Part shown: piece after piece, positions 9,290 through 18,265 of the stretch
Layout of the letters: every line of letters begins with the position of its first letter
Position numbering within the stretch: the stretch's first letter is position 1
NCBI GenBank assembly: GCA_965223845.1
Contig: CBDCXR010000004.1
Span: 6,432,001 to 6,496,000, forward strand
Origin: Planctomycetota bacterium
Lineage (GTDB): Bacteria; Planctomycetota; UBA8108; SXIK01
Length of the DNA: 64,000 nt
Direction: 5' to 3'
Position numbers and translations under genes: made by a program
The notes under the pieces: model-generated
Databases searched by the model: none
What the model was told of the DNA's origin: nothing
What the model saw: the letters and a program-made list of their open reading frames with translations, nothing else

Positions 9290-10159
9290 ATGAAACGGAC
9301 TGGATTCGCGAGTGGGCTCGGCGTTCTGCTGTCCATCGCGCCCGCATTCGCGCAAGAACTCGAGCTCGATTTCGGCGCGCGCGGGCCGGCACCGGGTCTC
9401 GGTCCAGACCACGTCCGTGTCGTCGCACGACTTCTCATCGCGAGCCCGGACATTCAAGTCCAAGGCTGGAGTGTCGTGATCGGGTCGCGAGACTGCGAGA
9501 TCGTAGGCGCGACCGTGGACGGAACCGTCGCGGAGGATCGATCGGACGGCGGTCCGGGGTGCATCGACCACGGAGGCTTCACTTTCGAGAGAACGTTCAT
9601 CGGGACGGAAGCAGCATCGGGTGACTCCTTCGTGAACAGCGCGATCGTCATGTCGTGCGATTTGGTTGCGGAAGGAAGTCCGCACGACCTCCTCGTCGTT
9701 ACGGCGCGGCAGACACCCGAAGCCGACCCGTGCGGCGATTGCACGTTTTTCTACGAGATCGGCCCCGTACTCGTCGAATCCGACGCGTTCGACCAACCGC
9801 GAACGGTGGAGACGTCCGTTGTCGACCGAGGGAAGACTCGAGAGTTTTCGGTCTCGACGGCGACGGTGAATCCGTGCGGACGAAGATTTCGCCGCGGCGA
9901 CTGCAACGACGACGGCGCGGTCAACATTTCCGACGTCGTCTTCGTCTTGAATTCGCTGTTTCTTCCGAACTCCGACCGCCCCTGCGATGACGCCTGCGAT
10001 GCCGACGACGACGGATTCGTCAATCTCGGCGACGCGATGGTCGCGCTCGGGCTACTCTTTCTCGGGGCGGGCGGTCTTCCGCCTCCCGGCCCGCTCGGCT
10101 GCGGCGTCGACCCGACGGGCGATCAGCTCGACTGCGCCGCGGTTGGCCTATGCGGATAG
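9290..10159 (+). CDS. Exported protein with beta-sandwich (cohesin-like) domain and C-terminal dockerin-like module
   Basis: Signal peptide MKRTGFASGLGVLLSIAPAFA; two EF-hand-like repeats GDCNDDGAVNISD and DADDDGFVNLGD, followed by PPPGPLGCGVDPT. Confidence 0.8.
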   Translation: MKRTGFASGLGVLLSIAPAFAQELELDFGARGPAPGLGPDHVRVVARLLIASPDIQVQGWSVVIGSRDCEIVGATVDGTVAEDRSDGGPGCIDHGGFTFERTFIGTEAASGDSFVNSAIVMSCDLVAEGSPHDLLVVTARQTPEADPCGDCTFFYEIGPVLVESDAFDQPRTVETSVVDRGKTREFSVSTATVNPCGRRFRRGDCNDDGAVNISDVVFVLNSLFLPNSDRPCDDACDADDDGFVNLGDAMVALGLLFLGAGGLPPPGPLGCGVDPTGDQLDCAAVGLCG

Positions 10160-10323
10160 CTCGACACGGAGTTCGGAGCCGGGACGCGATGGCGACGAGC
10201 CTCGCCTCGCTGGGGATGAGCTCCGCCGGATCTCGCCGATTTCAGTCCGATGGGACCTTTGTGGGGTTTAGACGATTTGGGCCTCGGTCTCGGTCGCTTC
10301 CCTCTCCTTTGAAAGTCCCTGTA

Positions 10324-12321
10324 ATGCGAGACCTTCGTATCCCGCTCATCGTTTCGCTCTTCGTGATCGGTGCATCTCCGGCGTTCACCCAGAGCGACGG
10401 CCCTCCCCGTCCCGAAGAGCTCGATCCGGAGGACGGCGTCGCAACGATTCCCAGCCGCGAGGCGTACGAGCGCCTCTCGTACCAGGGTGACGCGGGACGC
10501 GACGCGTACTTGAACGACATTCAATTCGTGAAGTTCCAGCTCGAAAACGCCGGCAGCGACAAGGCGCAGCTCTACTTCATGAACACGAAGCGATACCGGG
10601 CGCACCCGAGATTCATGCAGGCGATCGGAATTCGCAGATTCGGGCGCGGGCGAAGCGGCGGCAACTCGGGGCCGGGACGGCAGATGCGGGGGGCGATCGC
10701 GTACCACCCGCGCGTGCGCGCACCCGACGGGAGCGCGGGCGTCTACACGTACGACTTTCAGCCGAACGACTCGTTTCCGCTCGAACTCCTGGAGTTTTGT
10801 CAGCGACTCATTCTCGAGAAGGCGCCCTTCCTCAAGGGAAAGCTCGTCTACCACCCGCTCCGCGGCGGGCTCGAACCGTACGAGCGAGAGAAAGAAAAGT
10901 ACGCCGAGGCGAAGATCACGGTCTATCTCGACGACGATCTCGAGATGAACCTCGGATTCCTTCCCCTCAATCGCGGGGCGACCTTCGGTCGCTTGCGCAT
11001 CATGAAATCGGCTGGGCTTCCGACGCCCCGCGACGTCGTCCTCTACCGTTCACTTCCGAACGAGCTTCCGCGCGTCGCGGGAATTATCACCGAGGCACGT
11101 CAGACGCCGCTTTCGCACGTGAATCTCCGCGCGATCCAGGACGGCGTCCCGAACGCGTTCGTCACCGGAGCGACCAAGAACTCGGCGATCGCGCCTCTCG
11201 TCGGGAAGTGGGTTCGTTACGAAGTATCGGATGACGGCTTCGAGATCCGCGAAGCCGAGCAAGCGGAGGTCGACACCCACTTCGAGAGCATTCGACCCAA
11301 GGCAAGACAAACGCCGTCGAGGGATCTCTCGGTTACCGAGATGCGGCCGCTGGCGAAGATCGGCTTCGCAGACTCGTCTGCGTACGGCGTGAAGGCCGCG
11401 AATGTCGGCGCGATGCGGACGTTCGGCCTCCCGGAGGGCATCGTCCCCGACGGCTTCGGCGTTCCGTTTCATTTCTACGACGCGTTCATGAAGCACAACG
11501 AACTCTACGCGAAGGCACGCAGCCTCTTTGCCGACCCGGCGTTTCGCGAAGACGGGGACCATCGCTCGGCGGTCCTCGCGCGGTTTCGGTCCCACATTCG
11601 TAGTGGTGATCTACCCGACTGGATGTTCGCGGCGGTCGCGGAGCTGGAGCGTTCCTTTCCGAGCGGGACGCCCATTCGGTGCCGCTCGAGCACGAACAAC
11701 GAGGATCTTCCGCGGTTCAGCGGCGCCGGTCTCTACGGCTCCTACACGCACGATGCGGACGATGGCCATCTCGGACGGACGATCAAAAAAGTCTACGCGA
11801 GTCTCTGGAGCGACCGCGCGTACGAGGAGCGCGAGTTCTACCGCATCGATCACTTTGCCGCGGCGATGGGCGTTCTCGTGCACCCGAGCTACAAGGGAGA
11901 GCGCGCGAACGGGGTCGTCGTGACGACCGATGTTCTCTACGAAACCGACGGCACGTACTACGTCAACGCGCAGGTGGGAGAGGACCTCGTGACGAATCCC
12001 GACTCGGCGTCGGTGCCGGAGGAGGTCCTGCTCGGCTGGTGGAAGGAAGACGGCGCGAAGCTCATGCAGCACTCGAACCGAGTCGCGGCCGAGAAGCGGA
12101 TCCTCGAGCCCGCACACCTGGACGTCCTCAGAACGTGCCTCGGGAAGATCCACGCAAAATTCGCCAAGCTCTACGAGGTCGATCCTGAGGACGAGAACTT
12201 CGCGATGGAGATCGAGTTCAAGGTCGCGAAGGACGGATCGGTCGCGATCAAGCAGGCCCGACCGTGGGTATTTCCATCGGCGCCCGAGCCGCTCGAAGCG
12301 AGCGTGCCCGAGGACGAGTGA
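10324..12321 (+). CDS. Exported PPDK/PEP-synthase-family dikinase (unknown N-domain, phospho-His swivel domain, ATP-grasp domain)
   Basis: Signal peptide MRDLRIPLIVSLFVIGASPAFTQ; AGIITEARQTPLSHVNLRAIQDGVPNA (swivel domain, His codon 11116); YGVKAAN, VPDGFGVP, RSSTNNEDLPRFSGAG, KKVYASLW, EIEFK, KQARP (PPDK_N ATP-grasp). Confidence 0.85.
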   Translation: MRDLRIPLIVSLFVIGASPAFTQSDGPPRPEELDPEDGVATIPSREAYERLSYQGDAGRDAYLNDIQFVKFQLENAGSDKAQLYFMNTKRYRAHPRFMQAIGIRRFGRGRSGGNSGPGRQMRGAIAYHPRVRAPDGSAGVYTYDFQPNDSFPLELLEFCQRLILEKAPFLKGKLVYHPLRGGLEPYEREKEKYAEAKITVYLDDDLEMNLGFLPLNRGATFGRLRIMKSAGLPTPRDVVLYRSLPNELPRVAGIITEARQTPLSHVNLRAIQDGVPNAFVTGATKNSAIAPLVGKWVRYEVSDDGFEIREAEQAEVDTHFESIRPKARQTPSRDLSVTEMRPLAKIGFADSSAYGVKAANVGAMRTFGLPEGIVPDGFGVPFHFYDAFMKHNELYAKARSLFADPAFREDGDHRSAVLARFRSHIRSGDLPDWMFAAVAELERSFPSGTPIRCRSSTNNEDLPRFSGAGLYGSYTHDADDGHLGRTIKKVYASLWSDRAYEEREFYRIDHFAAAMGVLVHPSYKGERANGVVVTTDVLYETDGTYYVNAQVGEDLVTNPDSASVPEEVLLGWWKEDGAKLMQHSNRVAAEKRILEPAHLDVLRTCLGKIHAKFAKLYEVDPEDENFAMEIEFKVAKDGSVAIKQARPWVFPSAPEPLEASVPEDE

Positions 12322-12615
12322 CGGTCGACCCGGAGCGGTATCGAGCGGACAGGGGTCCGTGGACGCCGGTGGAAAGCGGCGACCGAGCGGTTCTCGCGTA
12401 GAATACCGTTTCGCGGTTCGCCCGAGTGACTTCTCGACCGATCGCTCGGGTGTCGAAGCTCGTCCGTGCAATCTTCGCGCACTGCCCGAAGGGCCGGTCG
12501 GGAAGGCGCCGAACGTCGTCGGCGTGCGTGTTTCGGCGGACGCACTTCGCCCGTAGTCGAACACGGTCTGATCGCGATCCGAGCCCGGGCGGGAAGGCGA
12601 AAGCGAGGTAGAACG

Positions 12616-13896
12616 ATGGAAGCGCGATGGGACCGTCTCTCGCTTTCCAAAGTCGAGAATCGCATCTGCGATCTGATAGCGAAGATCGGGGACAAACCGA
12701 GGCACTTCGTCCGGCCCGAGATGTCCCTAGTCGAAGATCTCGGGTTCGACAGCCTTGAGATCGTCGAGCTCATGATGGAGGTCGAAGAAGACTTCGACGT
12801 TTCGCTTCCTGACCGTCCCGACGACCCAGTAAGCAAACAGATCTTTACGAGACATCCGTTCCGCGTGAGAGACTTGGCGGAGTTCGTGTATCGCGAATCT
12901 CGCGCCGGGAGGAGGGACAGTGAATGGACGCGAATGGCGACAGAGCCGCGGCCGGCGCCTACGACCGCTTTTACGCAGCTTGGGGGATCGCTCCTCGACG
13001 ACGCTCGAGCGGTGGATCCGCTGTACGAACCCCTCGGAGACGGCTCCGAAGAAACCTCGCTCTTCCGGAGGTCGACCGACGGAATGCAGTGCGTCCTCGT
13101 CCCGGAATCTTCGGTCGAAATCGGCAGCGGTGAAGAGGGCGCACAGGCGGATGAGCAACCGGCCCACTCCGTACGATTGAGCGAGTTTCTCATCGACGTT
13201 GAACCGGTGTCGACAGCCGCGTTCGCGCGCTTCCTCAATTCCATCGGGGAGATCGATGACGATACCCTGAGGAGGTGGTTCGTTCTCGCGCCCGAAGATC
13301 GTCGAGCTGAGCACATGCCGATCAAGCGGCGCAAAGACAGATGGGAACCCTTCCACCGAGCGGAACTGTGGCCCATGGTTCTCGTCTCGTGGTACGGCGC
13401 CAACGCCTACTCGAAATGGGCGAACGGGCAAGACTGGACCGATGACCGATCGGATGCCATGTTCCTGCCGTCGGACGCTCAGTGGGAGTACGCGGCTCGA
13501 GGAGCCACTCGGCGGAGGTTCCCATGGGGGGAAGAAGAGCCCACACCGGAGATGGCTAGACTGTCTCTTCACCGTTGGGGGACGACCTACTCGCTCGCGA
13601 GTCTTCCGCTTGCGAACGTGAACGAGGAGCTCGGGCTCTCGCCGTTTGGACTCAGACACATGGCGGGGAACGTTTGGCACTGGTGTCGCGACGACTACGA
13701 CCCGAAGTTCTACTCGACCGACGCCGCGAAGGGGCAAGATCCGGTGTGCCGGTCATCGACGGGCGTGAAAAGCGAACGGGGCGGGAGCTGGATCGGCCCC
13801 GCGGATCTCGCGCGCTCGTCGTATCGTCGAGGTCGCCCTCCGCTCGCACGCGGGCGATGTCTCGGATTTCGCTGCGTGGGGCACGTCGAGACTTGA
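12616..13896 (+). CDS. Acyl carrier protein domain fused to an FGE-sulfatase (SUMF1/EgtB/PvdO) fold domain
   Basis: SLVEDLGFDSLEIVELMMEVEEDFDV (phosphopantetheine Ser46); DEQPAHSV, VSWYGANAY, LPSDAQWEYAARG, FGLRHMAGNVWHW, RGGSW, GFRC; GAGG upstream of the ATG. Confidence 0.9.
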   Translation: MEARWDRLSLSKVENRICDLIAKIGDKPRHFVRPEMSLVEDLGFDSLEIVELMMEVEEDFDVSLPDRPDDPVSKQIFTRHPFRVRDLAEFVYRESRAGRRDSEWTRMATEPRPAPTTAFTQLGGSLLDDARAVDPLYEPLGDGSEETSLFRRSTDGMQCVLVPESSVEIGSGEEGAQADEQPAHSVRLSEFLIDVEPVSTAAFARFLNSIGEIDDDTLRRWFVLAPEDRRAEHMPIKRRKDRWEPFHRAELWPMVLVSWYGANAYSKWANGQDWTDDRSDAMFLPSDAQWEYAARGATRRRFPWGEEEPTPEMARLSLHRWGTTYSLASLPLANVNEELGLSPFGLRHMAGNVWHWCRDDYDPKFYSTDAAKGQDPVCRSSTGVKSERGGSWIGPADLARSSYRRGRPPLARGRCLGFRCVGHVET

Positions 13897-13954
13897 GGCT
13901 CTCGCCGGGATCGAACTCGAAAAACAGAGCTTGCGATGACGGAGGAATGATCCG

Positions 13955-16477
13955 GTGAGTGCCGCGATACTCGGAGTCGGTGCGCGAAGGAAGCGAAACC
14001 CTTCGTTATCTCCGAGCGCCGCGGTGGTGCTCGTCTCGATCGCATTCTCGCGGGGACCTCTTGCCGCGGACGAGAGCGCGATCGAGCGCTACGAACAGTA
14101 CGCTCTCACCCACACGGGCGATTCCGAACGTGGAAGGGCCATTTTTCGTGACGAAAAACGGACGCGCTGCATCGCTTGCCATCGCACGGGAGAGGAAGGC
14201 GGCGAGCTCGGACCCGATCTCTCTCGCATCGGTGGGAAGTTCGATCGTCCGCATCTCATCGAATCGCTCCTCGAGCCATCGCGGCAGATCGTCGAGGGGT
14301 ATCGCGCTACGACCGTCGTCACGAACGAAGGCGAGGCGATCACGGGCGTTCTCAGGGATGACTCAAACGAGAACCTCACTCTCGTCGACGCCGAGCTGAA
14401 GACACACGTCATTCCGAGTCCGCGCATCCGAACGCGGGAGATGAGCGAGATTTCGCTGATGCCGGCGGGGATCACCGAGACGCTCAGCTCGGCCGAGCTC
14501 ACAGATCTCGTCGCTTATCTGGAGACGCTTCGTCCCGGCGGCAAGGAGAAGTTCGGCGGTGGCGTGGTCGGTCCCGTTCGTTTGCCCGACGGATTTCGCA
14601 TCCGAACCGTAGCGACCGGACTCACCGGTGCGACTGCCCTCGAAACGACGCGCGACGGCCGCGTCTTCGTTTGCGAGCAGACCGGAGCGCTTCGGGTCGT
14701 CAAGCACGGTCGCCTCCTCGACGAGCCGTTCGTGACGCTCCCAGTCGAGGCGAACTGGGAGCGCGGGCTCATCGGCGTGACCGTCGCCCCCGATTTCCCC
14801 GCGGCGCCGTACGTCTACGTCTGCTACGTCGCGGGCGAGCCCTTCACGCATCATCGAGTGAGCCGATTCACCGCGAAGGGCGATGTTGCCGCGCCGGGAA
14901 GTGAAGAGATCATTCTCGTCGGCGACGACCAGAAGAAGCTCGGTGGGAACGTCCCGGCCGGTCACCAAGGAGGCGCGCTCCACTTCGGGAACGACGGCTG
15001 TCTTTACGTGGGGATCGGTGAACAGACGGCCGGAGCTCCGGCGCAGAAACTCGGTTCGCTTCTGGGGAAGATCCTCCGCATTCACCCCGATGGCGCCATC
15101 CCCGAGGACAACCCGTTCACGAGTGCAACGACCGGGAAGTACCGCGCCATCTGGGCGCGAGGATGCCGGAATCCGTTCACGTTTTCGTTTCGCGATCGTG
15201 ACGGTCTTCTTCTTATCAACGACGTCGGCGGGAGGTTCGAAGAGATCAATCGCGGTGTCGCGGGCGCGAACTACGGCTGGCCCGTCGTCGATCACGGTCC
15301 GGTTGGCGACGAACGATTTCAGGGTCCCGAGCACATCTACAAGCAGGCGTCCATCTCGGGTGGGGACTTCCTCCGCGCAGAGTCGTCGTGGCCGAAAGAG
15401 TTCCGCGATCGCTATTTCTTCGCCGACTTCGTTCACGGCTGGGTCAAGACCGTGGATCCGAACGAGCCGCAGGTCGCGTCGACATTCGCGAGTGGACTCC
15501 GCCGCCCAGTCGATCTACGTTTCTCGAGCGAAGACGTCCTCTATGTCCTCCTGCGAAACGCATGGGTGATCGATCGCAAGTTCGAACCGGGGACGGGGAG
15601 TCTTCTCGCGATCGAACGAAGCGCGACCGAGAGCTCGCCGAGCGCGGAGGTCGACGCGGGTTCGAGGATCCGATTCACGGAAAACGCCGTCGACGCATCG
15701 GCTGGCAACCTGGCGTGCTACCGCATCGAAACTCGATCGGCGACGTATTACCTCGAGAAGACCGGAGCCGGGCTTTCGAGTCTCCTCGATCGGGACGGCA
15801 ACGACTGGCTCGGCTTTCGGCCGGACCCCGGGAGCGGTGCGAGCGGGGAGTACCGCGGGTTTCCGAACGCGGTCCACAAGCAGGGGGGAAGCTACTTTCA
15901 TCCGCGCAATCGCGCGACCGATCCGAGCACGACGAGGGTCGAGTACGTCGGGCCGGAGCGCGTGACGATCTCCGCCACCGCGGACCGTGGGCATTGGGCC
16001 GGCCGCTTCGATTTCTACGCAGACCGCTGCACATTCACGATGACGAAAATGCCCGCGGAAAAGAAATACTGGGTGCTCTACGAAGGTACACCCGGGGGCG
16101 AGTACGACGACGAGGATTGGTGGCTGGCATCGGGGTCGGAGAATCGACACGCCCTCACCGAGCGACGCCGCGGAGACCTCCCGTCGCCCGAGTGGATCGC
16201 ATTTGGTGATCGCGCTCTCGAGCGGACGCTCGTCCTCGTTCACCACGAGGACGACGAGCACCCGGATACGTTCTACGCAATGCAGAAGAAAATGACCGTG
16301 TTCGGTTTCGGTCGAGAGGGAATCGAGAAGTTCATCGATCGAGTTCCCCAGAGCTTTTCGATCGCGTTCAGCGAAAGCCCGGAACCGGCGGCGATCGATC
16401 GAGTGGCGGCCGCGCTGCTCGAACCCTCCCGCGCGGAGATTCGCATCGAAGAGTCTGACCGCGTAGACACCGAGTGA
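13955..16477 (+). CDS. PVC-type cytochrome c + PQQ-dependent glucose/sorbosone dehydrogenase propeller + C-terminal beta-rich domain
   Basis: GDSERGRAIF...CIACH...GPDLSRIG...SLMPAG (heme domain); ERGLIG, HQGGALHFGNDG, GKILRIHPDGAIPEDNPF, GCRNPF, GANYGWP (GSDH). Confidence 0.88.
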   Translation: MSAAILGVGARRKRNPSLSPSAAVVLVSIAFSRGPLAADESAIERYEQYALTHTGDSERGRAIFRDEKRTRCIACHRTGEEGGELGPDLSRIGGKFDRPHLIESLLEPSRQIVEGYRATTVVTNEGEAITGVLRDDSNENLTLVDAELKTHVIPSPRIRTREMSEISLMPAGITETLSSAELTDLVAYLETLRPGGKEKFGGGVVGPVRLPDGFRIRTVATGLTGATALETTRDGRVFVCEQTGALRVVKHGRLLDEPFVTLPVEANWERGLIGVTVAPDFPAAPYVYVCYVAGEPFTHHRVSRFTAKGDVAAPGSEEIILVGDDQKKLGGNVPAGHQGGALHFGNDGCLYVGIGEQTAGAPAQKLGSLLGKILRIHPDGAIPEDNPFTSATTGKYRAIWARGCRNPFTFSFRDRDGLLLINDVGGRFEEINRGVAGANYGWPVVDHGPVGDERFQGPEHIYKQASISGGDFLRAESSWPKEFRDRYFFADFVHGWVKTVDPNEPQVASTFASGLRRPVDLRFSSEDVLYVLLRNAWVIDRKFEPGTGSLLAIERSATESSPSAEVDAGSRIRFTENAVDASAGNLACYRIETRSATYYLEKTGAGLSSLLDRDGNDWLGFRPDPGSGASGEYRGFPNAVHKQGGSYFHPRNRATDPSTTRVEYVGPERVTISATADRGHWAGRFDFYADRCTFTMTKMPAEKKYWVLYEGTPGGEYDDEDWWLASGSENRHALTERRRGDLPSPEWIAFGDRALERTLVLVHHEDDEHPDTFYAMQKKMTVFGFGREGIEKFIDRVPQSFSIAFSESPEPAAIDRVAAALLEPSRAEIRIEESDRVDTE

Positions 16478-16499
16478 CGAGACACGAGAGGACGCGTTC

Positions 16500-18053
16500 G
16501 TGCCGCTTCTAAGCTTAGGCTTCGTATTGGTTCTCTTGGCGATCGACGCGGACGTTCGAGCGTTTCAGCATCAACGCGTCCACCCCGTCCTCGTTCGAAA
16601 TGAGCACAATCCACTGCTCAGAATAGAGATCGAGTGCGCGCGAAAGAGTGTATTCCTCGAGTCCGTGACGTTCTCTCTCACCGGGACGGACGATCTCCGC
16701 GATTTTGAGAGCTTGTCTCTCTTCTCGACGGAGGACAAAGGCGCGTTTTCGACCGGGGCTCGAATCGGTGATGCACTCGCGCCCGCGAAATCCATCACCT
16801 TTCGAGGACACCTCCGCCTCCGGAAAGGGACGAACGTCCTTTGGCTCTCGTGTCGTCTGAACTCGAGTGCCCGTCTCGGTCGCTACGTCGACGCGACGTG
16901 CACTGAGATCAAGACGAACGCCGGTGCGGTCGCTCCGGTAGACCGCTCTCCCGGTGTCCGAAAGCGCATCGGAGTTGCGCTCCGCCGTCACTGGGACGAC
17001 GGCGTGCACACCTACCGCATCCCGGCACTCGCGACGACTCCACGTGGTACCCTTCTCTGCGTCTTCGACGCGCGCCGGCGAAAGTCACGAGATCTCCAGG
17101 AGGACATCGACATCGGGATCGTCCGCAGCGTGGACGGAGGAGAGACGTGGACGCCGATGCAGATCGTCATGGATATGGGCGAGTACGGGAACCTCCCCGA
17201 GGAGCAAAACGGCTGCAGCGACCCCGGGACCGTCGTCGACCCGAAAACGGGAGAGATCTTCGTCTTCGCCGTGTGGACGTGGGGTCGTCCCGGCACGCAC
17301 CAGTGGAGATCGGGCGGCTCCGAACCGGGCTTCGAGATCGGCAAGACCGCGCAGTTCATGATGGTGCGCTCGCGCGACGAGGGAGAGACCTGGAGTGAAC
17401 CGGAGAATCTGACGCGACGCATCAAGAAGAAAGAGTGGATCCTTCTCGTTCCGTCGCCGCAGCAGGGAATCGCACTCGCCGATGGCACTCTCGTCGTGCC
17501 GGTCGGAGGGCGCGACGCGCGGGACACGCGGTTCTCGACCGTGATGCTGAGTCGCGATCACGGGAAGAGCTGGGAAGTGCGGACGCCCTACGCGCACGAG
17601 AACACCGAGAGCCAAGCCGTGATGCTTGGCGACGGCCGGCTGATGCTCAACTGCCGCTCGAGAACGACGAAGTTCCGCGCAGTCATCGTCTCATCCGACC
17701 TCGGCGGAACGTGGACGGAACACCCGACGAATCGAAAGGTACTCATCGAACCGCACTGTAACGGCAGTCTCTATCGATTCGAGTACCAGCGCGAAGGGAA
17801 AGAGCGTCATGTCCTTCTCTTCGCGAACCCACACTCACAGACGGGTCGCGATCACCACTCGATTCAGGTGAGTTTCGACGACGGCGAGACGTGGCCCAAG
17901 GAGCACCGTCTCCTTCTCGACGAAGGGCGCGGGAAGGGCTACCCGAGCCTGAGTCGCGTGGACGAGCGCCATGTCGGTATCGTCTACGAAGGGAGTCAGG
18001 CGCATCTGGTGTTCGAGCGAATCGCGATCGAGGAGCTGGTGGAGGAGCGGTAA
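16500..18053 (+). CDS. Exo-alpha-sialidase (GH33) with N-terminal associated domain
   Basis: YRIP motif; Asp-boxes SVDGGETW, SRDEGETW, SRDHGKSW, SSDLGGTW, SFDDGETW; catalytic Tyr region GYPSL...YEG; signal peptide. Confidence 0.92.
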   Translation: MPLLSLGFVLVLLAIDADVRAFQHQRVHPVLVRNEHNPLLRIEIECARKSVFLESVTFSLTGTDDLRDFESLSLFSTEDKGAFSTGARIGDALAPAKSITFRGHLRLRKGTNVLWLSCRLNSSARLGRYVDATCTEIKTNAGAVAPVDRSPGVRKRIGVALRRHWDDGVHTYRIPALATTPRGTLLCVFDARRRKSRDLQEDIDIGIVRSVDGGETWTPMQIVMDMGEYGNLPEEQNGCSDPGTVVDPKTGEIFVFAVWTWGRPGTHQWRSGGSEPGFEIGKTAQFMMVRSRDEGETWSEPENLTRRIKKKEWILLVPSPQQGIALADGTLVVPVGGRDARDTRFSTVMLSRDHGKSWEVRTPYAHENTESQAVMLGDGRLMLNCRSRTTKFRAVIVSSDLGGTWTEHPTNRKVLIEPHCNGSLYRFEYQREGKERHVLLFANPHSQTGRDHHSIQVSFDDGETWPKEHRLLLDEGRGKGYPSLSRVDERHVGIVYEGSQAHLVFERIAIEELVEER

Positions 18054-18265
18054 GAGCTGCCGTCGGAGTCTCGGCGATCGGCGGGAATCGGGAGACTCCG
18101 GACTCGAATGACGCGCGAGTGTTCGGGAGGGGCGAACCATCGCGCCAGTGTCGCCAGGCCTGCTCTCCGTATTCTCATGGAGAGCCGACTGGTCGCGATT
18201 CTGGTACTCGTCCGAGCCGGGGATTTCGGACGCGGCGAAGACCGAGTGAATCTTGAAGCGATCTC

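Noticed and set aside
10324-12321. Annotation as ppsA/ppdK
   Set aside because: No C-terminal PEP/pyruvate-binding barrel, permuted domain order and a signal peptide.
13770-13896. FGE/CLec C-terminus as the variable region of a diversity-generating retroelement
   Set aside because: No template repeat, reverse transcriptase or avd gene seen in the window.
12616-13896. True formylglycine-generating enzyme (sulfatase maturase)
   Set aside because: Lacks the catalytic Cys pair after RGGS, and no sulfatase gene is adjacent.
18060-18105. Inverted repeat cggagtctc...gagactccg between convergent genes as a terminator
   Set aside because: Large loop and no U-tract on either strand; not supportable.
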